Notes: a model not told the origin generated them from the sequence alone. Counted from the stretch's first letter, positions 21,599 to 32,146 are shown. The stretch: DNA of 64,000 nucleotides from Longimicrobiales bacterium (GCA_965249725.1 OZ252251.1:320001-384000); one strand, 5' to 3'. Numbers and translations are program-made.

Positions 21599-22271
21599 CG
21601 ATCAGGTTCCAGTTGCCGAAGAACACCTCGAAGGGGCCTGGCCACTCCGTCACGACTTGCGTCACCCATACGCCCATGCTCCACTCGAACTCGGGGGACA
21701 GGGTCGAGATGAATTCGGTTACCGCGTCGCCGCCGATGAGCAGGATCGGCACCCCAGCGAGGATGATACTGGTTGTGCGGACCGTTCCGGAGGCCATCGC
21801 GAAGAGGAGTCCGTAGACGATCGCTGCGGCCATCAGGAATCGCGTGGTCAACGCGGCCGGATAGGCATGGAGGCCCGCGGGGAGATCGAGACTTCCGGCC
21901 GCAAGGAAAGTACCGGCCCCCATGGCCACTATCGGGAGAGTCAGAAGGAGACCACCGGCCCCCATCTTGAGCAACACGTACTTCCATCGCGGGACAGGCA
22001 ACGAAAGCGAGTACACATGCTCGGCGCGGTGATCCCAATTCCATGCGTTGAGGGCGAGTACGACTCCGACTACGACGGCCAGGCTCGGGAAGAGCGGAAG
22101 CCAGATCTGCCAGCTGCCGAAGATCTCCTCGGCACGAGCCGCCGTGGACGCGTCGCTTGGAGGCGCGAGATCCTGCACCGCCAGCAACGGCAGCGCGAAC
22201 GACACGATCGCCATCGGGAGCAGCCCGAGCCGGACCGACTTCCACTGGGTGTAGAGAATCTGTTGAAACAT
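21591..22271 (-). CDS. ABC transporter permease-like membrane protein
   Basis: Several TM helices; YSLSLPVPRWKYVLLK resembles the ABC-2 permease coupling motif; follows the ATPase gene. Confidence 0.8.
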   Translation of the reverse strand: MFQQILYTQWKSVRLGLLPMAIVSFALPLLAVQDLAPPSDASTAARAEEIFGSWQIWLPLFPSLAVVVGVVLALNAWNWDHRAEHVYSLSLPVPRWKYVLLKMGAGGLLLTLPIVAMGAGTFLAAGSLDLPAGLHAYPAALTTRFLMAAAIVYGLLFAMASGTVRTTSIILAGVPILLIGGDAVTEFISTLSPEFEWSMGVWVTQVVTEWPGPFEVFFGNWNLIDV

Positions 22272-22275
22272 GGTT

Positions 22276-23193
22276 CTACCCTCGGCTCGGGTTGGGACGG
22301 GAGGAACGAAGGAGCTCGACGAAGCCCTCTTCGAGGTCCAGGTCTATGATCTCCCTGACTGTGGCTCCCACACCGTCGAAGTATTGCGTCATCGGATGTT
22401 GCCATCCTCGCACAATCCAAGTTTCTCCTGCCGCCAGGCCGTTACTCGAGCTGCGGGCAAGGAGGACGAACGGGGTGTCACCGGCTGTCGCGGGGGCGTC
22501 GGTCACACGAATACGCTTGATGCCGTTCTTGAAGCTCTGCATAGGCAGCTCTGCCACGAGTTCTCCGTCGTCGAGCACGCCGACCCAATCGCAGATTCGC
22601 TCCAACTCATGGACCAGGTGGCTCGAGATGAAGACCGTGGCTCCCGCCGTCGACACATAGTCCAGGACGGCCGTTAGAACCTCTCTCCGCACGACCGGAT
22701 CGAGACCGTCCGTCGGCTCGTCCAGCACGAGCAAGTCCGGCTTCTGGGCGAGGGCTTGGACGATCAAGAGCTTGCCGGTCTCGCCCTTGGAGAGGCGCCC
22801 GATGCGTTGGTCGTGCTTCAGCCGCATGCGGCCGAGCAACTCATCGGCCCACGCCTGGTCGAACGTCTTGTAGAAGGCCGAGTGGTACCGGATCGACTCC
22901 TCCACCGTGAGAGCCTCGTAAAGGTGAGGGCTTTCCGGCACGTAGCCGACCTTCGCCAAAGCCCGCGGCGCATCCTTCGGAATCGCATAACCCAGGACCG
23001 AGATTTCTCCGCGGAGCGGCCGGTGCATTCCGGTGAACAACCGAATCGTCGTGGTCTTCCCTGACCCGTTGGGGCCCAGGAATCCGTAGATCGATCCGTA
23101 CGGGACCTTCACGGTCAGGTTGCGGATCTCGAAGGACTCCCCGGCCTTGTAGCCGACGTCCCGCAGCTCGATGGCGTTACTCATTGGATCCAT
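22276..23193 (-). CDS. ABC transporter ATP-binding protein (YtrB-like)
   Basis: GPNGSGKTT, LSKGE, LVLDEPTDGLD, ISSH. Confidence 0.93.
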   Translation of the reverse strand: MDPMSNAIELRDVGYKAGESFEIRNLTVKVPYGSIYGFLGPNGSGKTTTIRLFTGMHRPLRGEISVLGYAIPKDAPRALAKVGYVPESPHLYEALTVEESIRYHSAFYKTFDQAWADELLGRMRLKHDQRIGRLSKGETGKLLIVQALAQKPDLLVLDEPTDGLDPVVRREVLTAVLDYVSTAGATVFISSHLVHELERICDWVGVLDDGELVAELPMQSFKNGIKRIRVTDAPATAGDTPFVLLARSSSNGLAAGETWIVRGWQHPMTQYFDGVGATVREIIDLDLEEGFVELLRSSRPNPSRG

Positions 23194-23560
23194 TGTGGAA
23201 CTCGCTCGAGAGGGCCTGTCTCAGAATGTCACTGGAGATCCCCATTCGGGCCGCGTCGCTCATCAGATGTCGCACGAGCTTGCGGCCCTGCTCCTCCAAC
23301 TCCTCGTCCCTGTACTTCACCGGCACTTCCTCGACGAACGTTCCGGCTCCGTGACGCATCGACACGAATCCTTCCGCCTCCAGGTCGCGGTACGCCTGTA
23401 CCACGGTCGCCGGATTGACACGCAAGAGCGCAGCGAGTTGGCGTACCGAGGGCAGTGGTTCTCCCGGTTGGACTTCTTCCGAGGCCACGGCCAGGCGGAT
23501 GCGCCCCGCTATCTGCTCGTAGAGCGGTGTGGGGCTCCGTGGGTCGATGTTATCGAACAT
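23177..23560 (-). CDS. GntR family regulator, YtrA subfamily
   Basis: PLYEQI, LPSVRQLA, VNPATVVQAYRDLE, GAGTFV; short C-terminus; heads an ABC operon. Confidence 0.93.
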   Translation of the reverse strand: MFDNIDPRSPTPLYEQIAGRIRLAVASEEVQPGEPLPSVRQLAALLRVNPATVVQAYRDLEAEGFVSMRHGAGTFVEEVPVKYRDEELEEQGRKLVRHLMSDAARMGISSDILRQALSSEFHNGSNE

Positions 23561-23579
23561 TGAAGACGTTTCGACAGAA

Positions 23580-23628
23580 AGTGTATTAGTGTACCAGCAC
23601 ACTATGACACATCACTATCAGTTGTCAA
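23580..23628 (-). promoter_or_regulatory. Promoter with overlapping YtrA-type palindromic operator
   Basis: TTGACA at 23628-23623 with -10 candidates CATAGT/TAGTGT; imperfect palindrome AGTGTATTAGTGTACCAGCACACT at 23580-23603. Confidence 0.65.
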
Positions 23629-23741
23629 GCATGATGTTCTAGGCGTAATCTCCGAGCCCGTAGATCGGGGGAGCCGCTCGGGAATCACCGAGCAGGCCAA
23701 GGAGACCCCTCCCCGCATCCCAACCCGAGCGAAGAGTGACC

Positions 23742-24200
23742 ATGCCCAAATCCTACTGGCTCATGAAGAGCGAGCCTCACGTCTACTCGATCGACGACCT
23801 CAAGAAGGACAAGACGACCTATTGGGAGGGCGTGCGGAACTATCAGGCCCGCAATCACATGATGGCGATGAAGAAGGGTGACGACGTGCTCTACTACCAC
23901 AGCCAGCAGACGCCTCCGGGTGTGGTGGGAGTAGCCCGCGTGATCAAGGAGGCTTACCCGGACTTCACCCAATTCGACAAGAAAAACCACTACTACGACG
24001 CCAAGTCCAACGAAGAGAAACCGCGCTGGTGGATGGTAAACGTACGGTTCGTGAAGAAGCTGAAGTCGGAGGTGTCCCTTCACGACATCAAGGCCGTGAA
24101 GGCGCTCTCCGACATGGTCCTGGTGAACAACTCCAGGCTCTCGGTCCAACCGGTCCGGAAGAAGGAGTTCGACGCCATCCTGAAGATGGGCGGGGGTTGA
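23742..24200 (+). CDS. EVE domain protein
   Basis: YWLMKSEP, WEGVRNYQARN, GDDVLYYHS, SRLSVQPV. Confidence 0.95.
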   Translation: MPKSYWLMKSEPHVYSIDDLKKDKTTYWEGVRNYQARNHMMAMKKGDDVLYYHSQQTPPGVVGVARVIKEAYPDFTQFDKKNHYYDAKSNEEKPRWWMVNVRFVKKLKSEVSLHDIKAVKALSDMVLVNNSRLSVQPVRKKEFDAILKMGGG

Positions 24201-24279
24201 AGGCGCAAATAGCTCGCAGGAACGACCCTCAGACCCTTAGATTGCCGTCTCGAATGATCTCGTTGAATGGAGGAGTGCC

Positions 24280-25188
24280 GTGATGGTCGATGTCAGATTC
24301 CAACTTCGCGCTGGTGCAGTCGCAGGACTGCTGGTATTGGCGCTCACGCCCGTGCCGGTGGCTGCCCAGGGCATCCCCGACGAGTTCACCAACCTCGAGC
24401 TGCTGCCGGACGACATCAGTCGGCGCGAGATCACCAGTGTCATGCGGGGCTTCACCCGGGCGCTCGACGTGCGGTGCTCCTATTGCCACATGGTCTCTGA
24501 CGACCTTGAGTCGGCCGACGACGACTTCGCCTCGGACGACAAGGAGACGAAGGTGGCTGCCCGCCTCATGATGACCATGGTCGCAGCCATCAACGGCGAT
24601 CACCTGCACGAGCTTCCCCACGAGCATGCGCCCGCCGCGGCGGAGCATGACGAGGGAGCCGAAGAGCATGAGCACGCAGAGCCCGAACCTGCGGAGCATG
24701 AGCACGAAGAGGGTGTCGAGGAGCATGAGGACGAGGCGGCCGAACCCGTCGCGACGGCATCGGCAGCTGCGCAACATCGGGAGGTAAGCTGCGCCACCTG
24801 CCACTCGGGGATGACGCGACCTGCTACACTCGTGCAGGAACTCACCTGGGCGGAGCAGGACGGGGGCCTCGATGCCCTGCAGGCGCGGTACAACGAGTTG
24901 CGTGACGAGTACTTCGGCCGTGGCGCGTACGACTTCGGTGCGCGGTCCTTGGTGGACGTGGCTCAGGCCTTGGTCCGGGACGACGCCGACGCGGCCATGA
25001 CGGTCGTGGACCTGAATCTCCAGCACCATCCGGAGTCGGTACCGACCTGGAACCTCAAGGGGCAGATCCACGCCTTCGAGGACCGGACGGATCAGGCGAT
25101 CGAGGCGTACGAGAAATCCCTCCAGATCGCACCGAACGATGAGCAGGCGACCGAGGCTCTAGAGCGACTCCGGAGCGGAGGCCCCTAG
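24280..25188 (+). CDS. Exported dihaem c-type cytochrome (PufC-family-like) with His/Glu-rich insert and C-terminal TPR
   Basis: Signal peptide; CSYCH and CATCH; FASDDK..K..AR.MM; TPR-like AIEAYEKSLQIAPND. Confidence 0.85.
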   Translation: MMVDVRFQLRAGAVAGLLVLALTPVPVAAQGIPDEFTNLELLPDDISRREITSVMRGFTRALDVRCSYCHMVSDDLESADDDFASDDKETKVAARLMMTMVAAINGDHLHELPHEHAPAAAEHDEGAEEHEHAEPEPAEHEHEEGVEEHEDEAAEPVATASAAAQHREVSCATCHSGMTRPATLVQELTWAEQDGGLDALQARYNELRDEYFGRGAYDFGARSLVDVAQALVRDDADAAMTVVDLNLQHHPESVPTWNLKGQIHAFEDRTDQAIEAYEKSLQIAPNDEQATEALERLRSGGP

Positions 25189-25205
25189 GCCACCGGCTTT
25201 TGTGA

Positions 25206-25235
25206 GGAGGCGTCCCCGAGGGAGGGGGCGCCTCC
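25206..25235. terminator. Stem-loop downstream of the cytochrome gene
   Basis: GGAGGCGTCCCC-N6-GGGGGCGCCTCC; no U-tract. Confidence 0.45.
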
Positions 25236-25304
25236 ATCCACTCCCAACCACTGGGATTGACACACCCCACGGGAGTCCGCCCCCCCTGGAAGGCGACCAC
25301 CATC

Positions 25305-26840
<1,536 letters not shown>

Positions 26841-26901
26841 TCGGCAGCCGTCTTGATCGGATGGGGGCTCCGCGGCCCCACGCCACAACCATGGAGGTAG
26901 G

Positions 26902-28224
26902 ATGGAGACCAGCGGAGCGGAAACGATGTTGAAGAGCCAGGCCGTCATGGCGGGGCAGAAGGAGTACATCTTCCCAGCCGTGAAGCCTCTATACGACGAT
27001 CCGGTCGTGTTGGCAGAGGGCGACGGCGTGAGAGTGCGGGATGTAGACGGTGAGGAGTATCTCGACCTGTTCAGCGGCATCCTCACGACCTCGGTGGGGC
27101 ACTGCAATCCGAAGGTCGTGACCCGCTCCCAGGAGCAGATGGCTCGCCTCGGCCATACGTCGACGCTCTACGTGACCGAGCCCCAAGTAGAGGCCGCCCG
27201 GAGGCTGGCCGACATCGCGCCGGGTCAGCTGAGCCAGACCTTCTTCACGAACTCGGGCACCGAGGCCATCGAGACGGCCATCCACATGGCCTGCCTGCAT
27301 ACGGGCCGGACCGAGATCATCGCTCTGAGGCAGGCTTACCACGGCCGCAGCTTCCTCGCCACCAACATTACGGCGGTGAGCGTGTGGCGGCCCATGGCCA
27401 CCACGTTCCCGGGCATCAAACACACGCTGACCCCCTACCCTTACCGGTGCCCGTTCAAGCAGCCGTGCGACGAGAGCTGTACGGACGCCTTCGTGAACGA
27501 TCTCGAGGACGTCATCCGGACGACGACCAACGGCCGGCCGGCCGCGTTCATCGCGGAGTCCATCATGGGTGTGGGCGGGTACATCATGCCGCCCCCTGGA
27601 TATTTCGAGCGGGCCGCCGAGATCATCCGGTCGCATGGCGGGCTCTTCATCTCGGATGAGGTGCAGTCCGGCTTTGGCCGATCCGGTGACCGCTGGTTCG
27701 CCATCGAGCACGCATCAGTAGAGCCCGACATCATGGTCATGGCGAAGGGCATCGCAAACGGAGCGCCGGTAGGCGCCACGATCACACGTCCGGACATCGC
27801 CGCGTCGTGGGAAGCAAAGACGATCTCCACGTTCGGAGGCAGCCCGGTATCCATGGCCGCCACCGCAGCCACGCTTGAGGTCATGGTGGAGGAGGACGTG
27901 CCTCAGCGCGCCGCGGAGCGTGGAGCACAGCTATACGCCGGGCTCATGGAGCTTTACGCGCGCTTCCGGTGGATCGGCGACGTTCGCGGGATGGGCCTGA
28001 TGCAGGCGATGGAGTTGGTTGAGGACCCGGACACAAAGGAGCCGTCTCCCCAGAAGACGAAGGCGCTGCTGGAGGCCGCCAAAGCGGAGGGTCTGCTCAT
28101 CGGCGTCGGAGGCCTGCATGGCCACGTCATCCGCATCGGGCCGTCCTTGCTGATCACCGAGGCCGAGATGGCCGAGGGGCTGGAGCGCCTGGAGCGGGCC
28201 TGTCACCGGGTCGAGGGCGCTTAG
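26902..28224 (+). CDS. Class III PLP aminotransferase (AGXT2-like)
   Basis: FTNSGTEA, YHGRS, ISDEVQSGFGR, MAKGIANG, DVRGMGLM. Confidence 0.9.
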   Translation: METSGAETMLKSQAVMAGQKEYIFPAVKPLYDDPVVLAEGDGVRVRDVDGEEYLDLFSGILTTSVGHCNPKVVTRSQEQMARLGHTSTLYVTEPQVEAARRLADIAPGQLSQTFFTNSGTEAIETAIHMACLHTGRTEIIALRQAYHGRSFLATNITAVSVWRPMATTFPGIKHTLTPYPYRCPFKQPCDESCTDAFVNDLEDVIRTTTNGRPAAFIAESIMGVGGYIMPPPGYFERAAEIIRSHGGLFISDEVQSGFGRSGDRWFAIEHASVEPDIMVMAKGIANGAPVGATITRPDIAASWEAKTISTFGGSPVSMAATAATLEVMVEEDVPQRAAERGAQLYAGLMELYARFRWIGDVRGMGLMQAMELVEDPDTKEPSPQKTKALLEAAKAEGLLIGVGGLHGHVIRIGPSLLITEAEMAEGLERLERACHRVEGA

Positions 28225-28248
28225 TGTCGGCACGCGGATGCTGAGTAC

Positions 28249-29724
28249 GTGACCGTCATCATCGCGGTACTCGTCGTCTACCTGCTCGTCCTCCTGGCCC
28301 TCGGGGCGTGGGGGAGCCGGTCGTCGGGGAGTGTCGCCGGGTACTACGTAGCCGAGAAGCAGCTTCCCTCCTGGGTCATCGCCTTCAGCTCTACGTCCAC
28401 GGGTGAGAGTGCCTGGCTGCTGCTGGGGCTCACGGGCATGGGGTACGCCGTCGGGTTCCACGCCTTCTGGGTCGTACTCGGCGAGTTCCTCGGTGTCCTC
28501 ATCGCATGGAAGTACGTGGCCCGGCCGTTCAAGGAATACACCGACCGGTACCACTCCATCACGGTTCCGGACTACCTGGAGTCCCGGTTCCACGATGTCG
28601 GCCATGTCATGCGAGTGATCAGCATGGTCATCATCGTGAGCATGGTCACGGCGTATACCGCGGCTCAACTCACGGCCTCGGGCAAGGCCTTCGGGTCGTT
28701 CCTGGGCACCAGCTATTCGATGGGCGTCTGGATCGGGGCCGCGGTCATCCTCTACTACACGTCTGTGGGTGGCTTCAAGGCGGTGGCCTACAGCGACCTT
28801 CTCCAGGGCGTCCTGATGCTCATCTGCCTGGCCGTACTCCCGATCGTGGGCATCGCGGCGGTGGGCGGTTGGCCACAGATGATCGCGGGCCTGCGTGCGG
28901 AAGATGCAAACCTCCTGGGCCTCATGGGGGCAAACGGTCTGAGCGTTCGTGGCTTCGCCGACGTGGCCGGGTTCATCGCGATCGGCCTGGCCTTCATGGG
29001 AGCGCCTCAGCTTCTCACGCGCTTCATTGCCGCTCGGAGTCATCGAGACATCGTCCACGGCGGGAGGATCGCCGTGTTCGTGATCCTGATCTTCGACATC
29101 GGGGCGGTTCTGGGGGGGATGGCCGGCCGGGTGCTGTTCCCGGGGCTCCTGGATCAAGAGACGATCCTTCCCGTGATGAGCAGCGAGCTGTTCCCGGCGC
29201 TGTTCACCGGGATCTTCCTGGTGGTGGTCCTCGCCGCCATCATGTCTACGGTGGACTCTCTGCTGATTCTCGCGTCTTCGGCGGTCGTGCGGGATATCAT
29301 TCAACAGATCTTCCACCCCGACGTCACGGAACGGCAGCTCTCCCTCTACGGGAAGGGAGTCACGGTGGTCATCGGAGCGGTGGCGCTCGCGGCGGCGCTC
29401 ACCGAGGCCCGCGCGATCTTCTGGTTCATACTCTTCGCTTGGTCGGGTCTGGCGAGCGCGTTCACACCGGTGGTTCTGTCTTCTCTGTTCTGGAAGAGGA
29501 CGACACGTGCAGGTGCCATCGCGGGCATGGTGGGGGGCTTCTTGGCTGCGGTGCTCTGGGTTCTGTTGTTCAAGGAGCGGTTCTACGAGCTGTACGAGAT
29601 GATCCCCGGCTTCGTGGTGGGATTCGCCTTGACGATCGGGGTCAGCCTCTCCACGTCGGCCCCAGAAGACGCCGCTGAACAGATGGATGCCGTTCGGGAT
29701 GCGGTTCGGGTGCCTACCTCGTAG
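28249..29724 (+). CDS. Sodium:solute symporter (PutP-like)
   Basis: Many TM helices; GESAWLLLGLTG, YTSVGGFKAVAYSD, AAIMSTVDS. Confidence 0.9.
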   Translation: MTVIIAVLVVYLLVLLALGAWGSRSSGSVAGYYVAEKQLPSWVIAFSSTSTGESAWLLLGLTGMGYAVGFHAFWVVLGEFLGVLIAWKYVARPFKEYTDRYHSITVPDYLESRFHDVGHVMRVISMVIIVSMVTAYTAAQLTASGKAFGSFLGTSYSMGVWIGAAVILYYTSVGGFKAVAYSDLLQGVLMLICLAVLPIVGIAAVGGWPQMIAGLRAEDANLLGLMGANGLSVRGFADVAGFIAIGLAFMGAPQLLTRFIAARSHRDIVHGGRIAVFVILIFDIGAVLGGMAGRVLFPGLLDQETILPVMSSELFPALFTGIFLVVVLAAIMSTVDSLLILASSAVVRDIIQQIFHPDVTERQLSLYGKGVTVVIGAVALAAALTEARAIFWFILFAWSGLASAFTPVVLSSLFWKRTTRAGAIAGMVGGFLAAVLWVLLFKERFYELYEMIPGFVVGFALTIGVSLSTSAPEDAAEQMDAVRDAVRVPTS

Positions 29725-29784
29725 AGGCACCTGCCTCGACCTAGAGGTGCCTACCTCGTAGAGGCACCTGCCTCTGCCTAGAGG
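29709..29784. repeat. Tandem duplication of a 37-bp hairpin-containing unit spanning the symporter stop codon
   Basis: GGTGCCTACCTCGTAGAGGCACCTGCCTC(GA/TG)CCTAGA x2; each unit has a GGTGCCT/AGGCACC stem. Confidence 0.9.
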
Positions 29785-29804
29785 CCTGACGATTACTGCG
29801 GCTC

Positions 29805-30992
29805 CTAGCTAGCGGCTCCTCCACCCAGCAGATCTTCGATTTCGGCCGGACCGTATCCGAGCTCTGTCAGGACCTCACGCGTGTACTCTCCCGCCCGAGG
29901 GGGCGTACTCCGCGTCGCGGGGCGCTCATCGTCCCAGCGAACGGGCATCGCCACGTCTCGATAGTCCGTGAGTTCCGGATGATCGACTTCGGGGAGCATA
30001 CCGGACGCGTCGACCTGCGCATCCTCGGTGACCGCTTTCATGTCCTGAATCGGAGCGGCGGGGACGGAGTGCTGCCCCATGAGTTCCCAGAGCTCCAGGG
30101 TGGAATGCCTTCGCGTCGCCTCGGCGAGCAGTTCATCGAGCGCGTCGCGCCCTGCAACCCGGGCCGGATTCGTCTCGAAGCGTGGGTCACGCGCGACTTC
30201 CGGAAGCTCGAGCGCCTCACACAGCCTGTCGAAGAGAACGTCGTTCCCCGCGGCGATCATCAATTGCCCGTCACTCGTGGGGAACGCGCCGTAGGGCGCG
30301 ATCATTCCGAAGCGAGACCCCATGGGGCCGGGCACGGTGCCGTCGGCCAGGTATCCCATGAGGTGATACGAGACCCAACCGAGGGCCGTATCGAGCAACG
30401 CCGTCGTCACGTGGCAGCCCTCCCCCGTCTCGCTGCGCTTGTGCAAAGCCGACAGGACGCCCACCGCTCCCCACATGCCCGTGCCGTAGTCCACGACCGA
30501 ACCCCCTATGCGTGCCGGACCGGTTTCAGGGTGACCGGTGACGGACATGATGCCGCTGTACGCCTGCATGAGCGGGTCGTATCCGGGCAGGTCCTTGAGG
30601 GGCCCGTTCGGCCCGTAGGCGGTCACGGACACGTAGATGATCCCGGGTCGCCTCGCTTTCACGGACTCGTAGTCCAGACCGAGCTTCTCGACGACACCGC
30701 CTCGGAGGGACTGCACGAACACGTCGGCCTGCTCGATGAGCCTCCACGCTACCTCCCGTCCGGCGTCGCTTTTCAGATCCAGACGAATACTCCGCTTGTT
30801 GCGGTTGGCGCTCAGGAACAGCGGACTCTCACCGCCCCAGAACGGTGGACCCCAGGCTCTGGCGGAGTCTCCGTTGGGAGGCTCGATCTTCACGACCTCC
30901 GCTCCGAGGTCGCCGAGGATCTGCGTGCAGTACGGGCCCGCGAGATTCTGCGTGAGATCCACGACTCGAAGGCCCACGAGATGATCGGTCAC
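29805..30992 (-). CDS. CoA transferase family III (CaiB/BaiF)
   Basis: LRVVDLTQNLAGPYC, LGAEVVKIE, NRNKRSI, PGYD; GTG start overlaps the upstream TGA. Confidence 0.93.
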   Translation of the reverse strand: MTDHLVGLRVVDLTQNLAGPYCTQILGDLGAEVVKIEPPNGDSARAWGPPFWGGESPLFLSANRNKRSIRLDLKSDAGREVAWRLIEQADVFVQSLRGGVVEKLGLDYESVKARRPGIIYVSVTAYGPNGPLKDLPGYDPLMQAYSGIMSVTGHPETGPARIGGSVVDYGTGMWGAVGVLSALHKRSETGEGCHVTTALLDTALGWVSYHLMGYLADGTVPGPMGSRFGMIAPYGAFPTSDGQLMIAAGNDVLFDRLCEALELPEVARDPRFETNPARVAGRDALDELLAEATRRHSTLELWELMGQHSVPAAPIQDMKAVTEDAQVDASGMLPEVDHPELTDYRDVAMPVRWDDERPATRSTPPRAGEYTREVLTELGYGPAEIEDLLGGGAAS

Positions 30993-32116
30993 GCCGGCAC
31001 GCTTCGTTTGCTTCGGCGGCGCCGACGAATGGATCCATGCTCGAGCCACTGCTTGGGGGTGGCGGTCCGCTTCATCTCTTTCGGTCGGAGTTCGAACCAG
31101 CGCGCCACCAACAGGATCTCCGCCGCATCGTGTGGTCGCAGCGCCGCGGGACCGCGATCGGCGCTCCGGTAGATCTCCTCCACGGCCTTCGACACACGGA
31201 TGCGATCCCGCGCGGACTTGGGATACACGTAATCGCGCTGAATGCGGCCCCGGCGGATCAGATAGAGGCGATCGTCCCCCGCGAAGCCCGTCACTCTATA
31301 GAGGAACGTCAGGCTCTCCACACGTCCTCGGAACGCGGCCAGTCGGTCTTGGAAGGCCTGGAGCCGTTCGATGCGATCCCGGAGGACTCCCGCATACTCG
31401 AAGTCGAGGCGGTCCACGGCCTCTTCCATGCGACGTTCGAGACCGACCAAGGGCTCTCGGGTCCGACCCTCGAGGAACCGGCGTACCACGTCGACCTGCC
31501 TCTGATAGGCGTCTCCGGTACTACCACCGCAACACGGAGCGAGACACGTGCCCAACTCCGCTCTCATGCACAACGGAGTGCGTCTGCCCTTGAAGATCTC
31601 CAGTTGGTCGTCGAAGAACACCGGGGTGGGCCCGGGGCAGTCCCTCAACCCCACGGCGTGCGCGAGTTCACGCACCGTGCTCCCCACCTGTCCCACGGCC
31701 GGAAACGGCCCGAAGTAGATGGATCCGTCCGCGATGACCCTGGTCACGGGTAGGACGCGAGGGGCCAACTCGCGGGTCAGCTTCACGAACGCATACGCAC
31801 GTTTGCGTTTGTGCTGGACGTTGAAGCGGGGTTGCCACCGCTGAATGAGCTTCATCTCCCGTACCAGGGCCGAGAACTCGTTGGGGATGTACTCCCACCG
31901 GATCCGGCCGGTCTCGCGGATCAGATTGGCGGCCTTGTCGCCCGCCGGTGCCCGAAAGTAGGAGAGCAGGCGGGTCCTGACCCGGACCGACTTTCCCACA
32001 TAAAGGGGGTGCCCATCGACGCCGAGCATCTGGTAGACGCCCGGTCGGTTTTCGGCGTGGGTGCGTACGTGTTCGCGGAGGGCGGAGGTCGGCACGCTTA
32101 TGGGTGTCGGAGTCAC
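30989..32116 (-). CDS. UvrC/Cho-like GIY-YIG nuclease with UVR domain, lacking the UvrC C-terminal half
   Basis: PGVY..LYVGKS..R.RLLSYF, QPRFN, YFGPF, C...CLAPC cluster, LDFEYAGVLRD; probable GTG start at 32116. Confidence 0.88.
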   Translation of the reverse strand: MTPTPISVPTSALREHVRTHAENRPGVYQMLGVDGHPLYVGKSVRVRTRLLSYFRAPAGDKAANLIRETGRIRWEYIPNEFSALVREMKLIQRWQPRFNVQHKRKRAYAFVKLTRELAPRVLPVTRVIADGSIYFGPFPAVGQVGSTVRELAHAVGLRDCPGPTPVFFDDQLEIFKGRRTPLCMRAELGTCLAPCCGGSTGDAYQRQVDVVRRFLEGRTREPLVGLERRMEEAVDRLDFEYAGVLRDRIERLQAFQDRLAAFRGRVESLTFLYRVTGFAGDDRLYLIRRGRIQRDYVYPKSARDRIRVSKAVEEIYRSADRGPAALRPHDAAEILLVARWFELRPKEMKRTATPKQWLEHGSIRRRRRSKRSVPA

Positions 32117-32121
32117 AGGAC

Positions 32122-32146
32122 TTTCGCTTTTCGTTCGGTAAGTATA
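32122..32146 (-). promoter_or_regulatory. -10 element with adjacent direct repeat (candidate SOS box)
   Basis: TATACT at 32146-32141; TTTCG-CTTTTC-GTTCG (TTTC-N7-GTTC) between the -10 and the start codon. Confidence 0.45.

Noticed and set aside
24280..25188. Photosynthesis genes (PufC-like cytochrome, and BchJ-like V4R protein at 55929)
   Set aside because: Only two CxxCH motifs rather than four; no puf, bch or crt genes; both domains occur in non-phototrophs
29709..29784. CRISPR-like 37-bp palindromic repeat
   Set aside because: Only two abutting copies with no spacer
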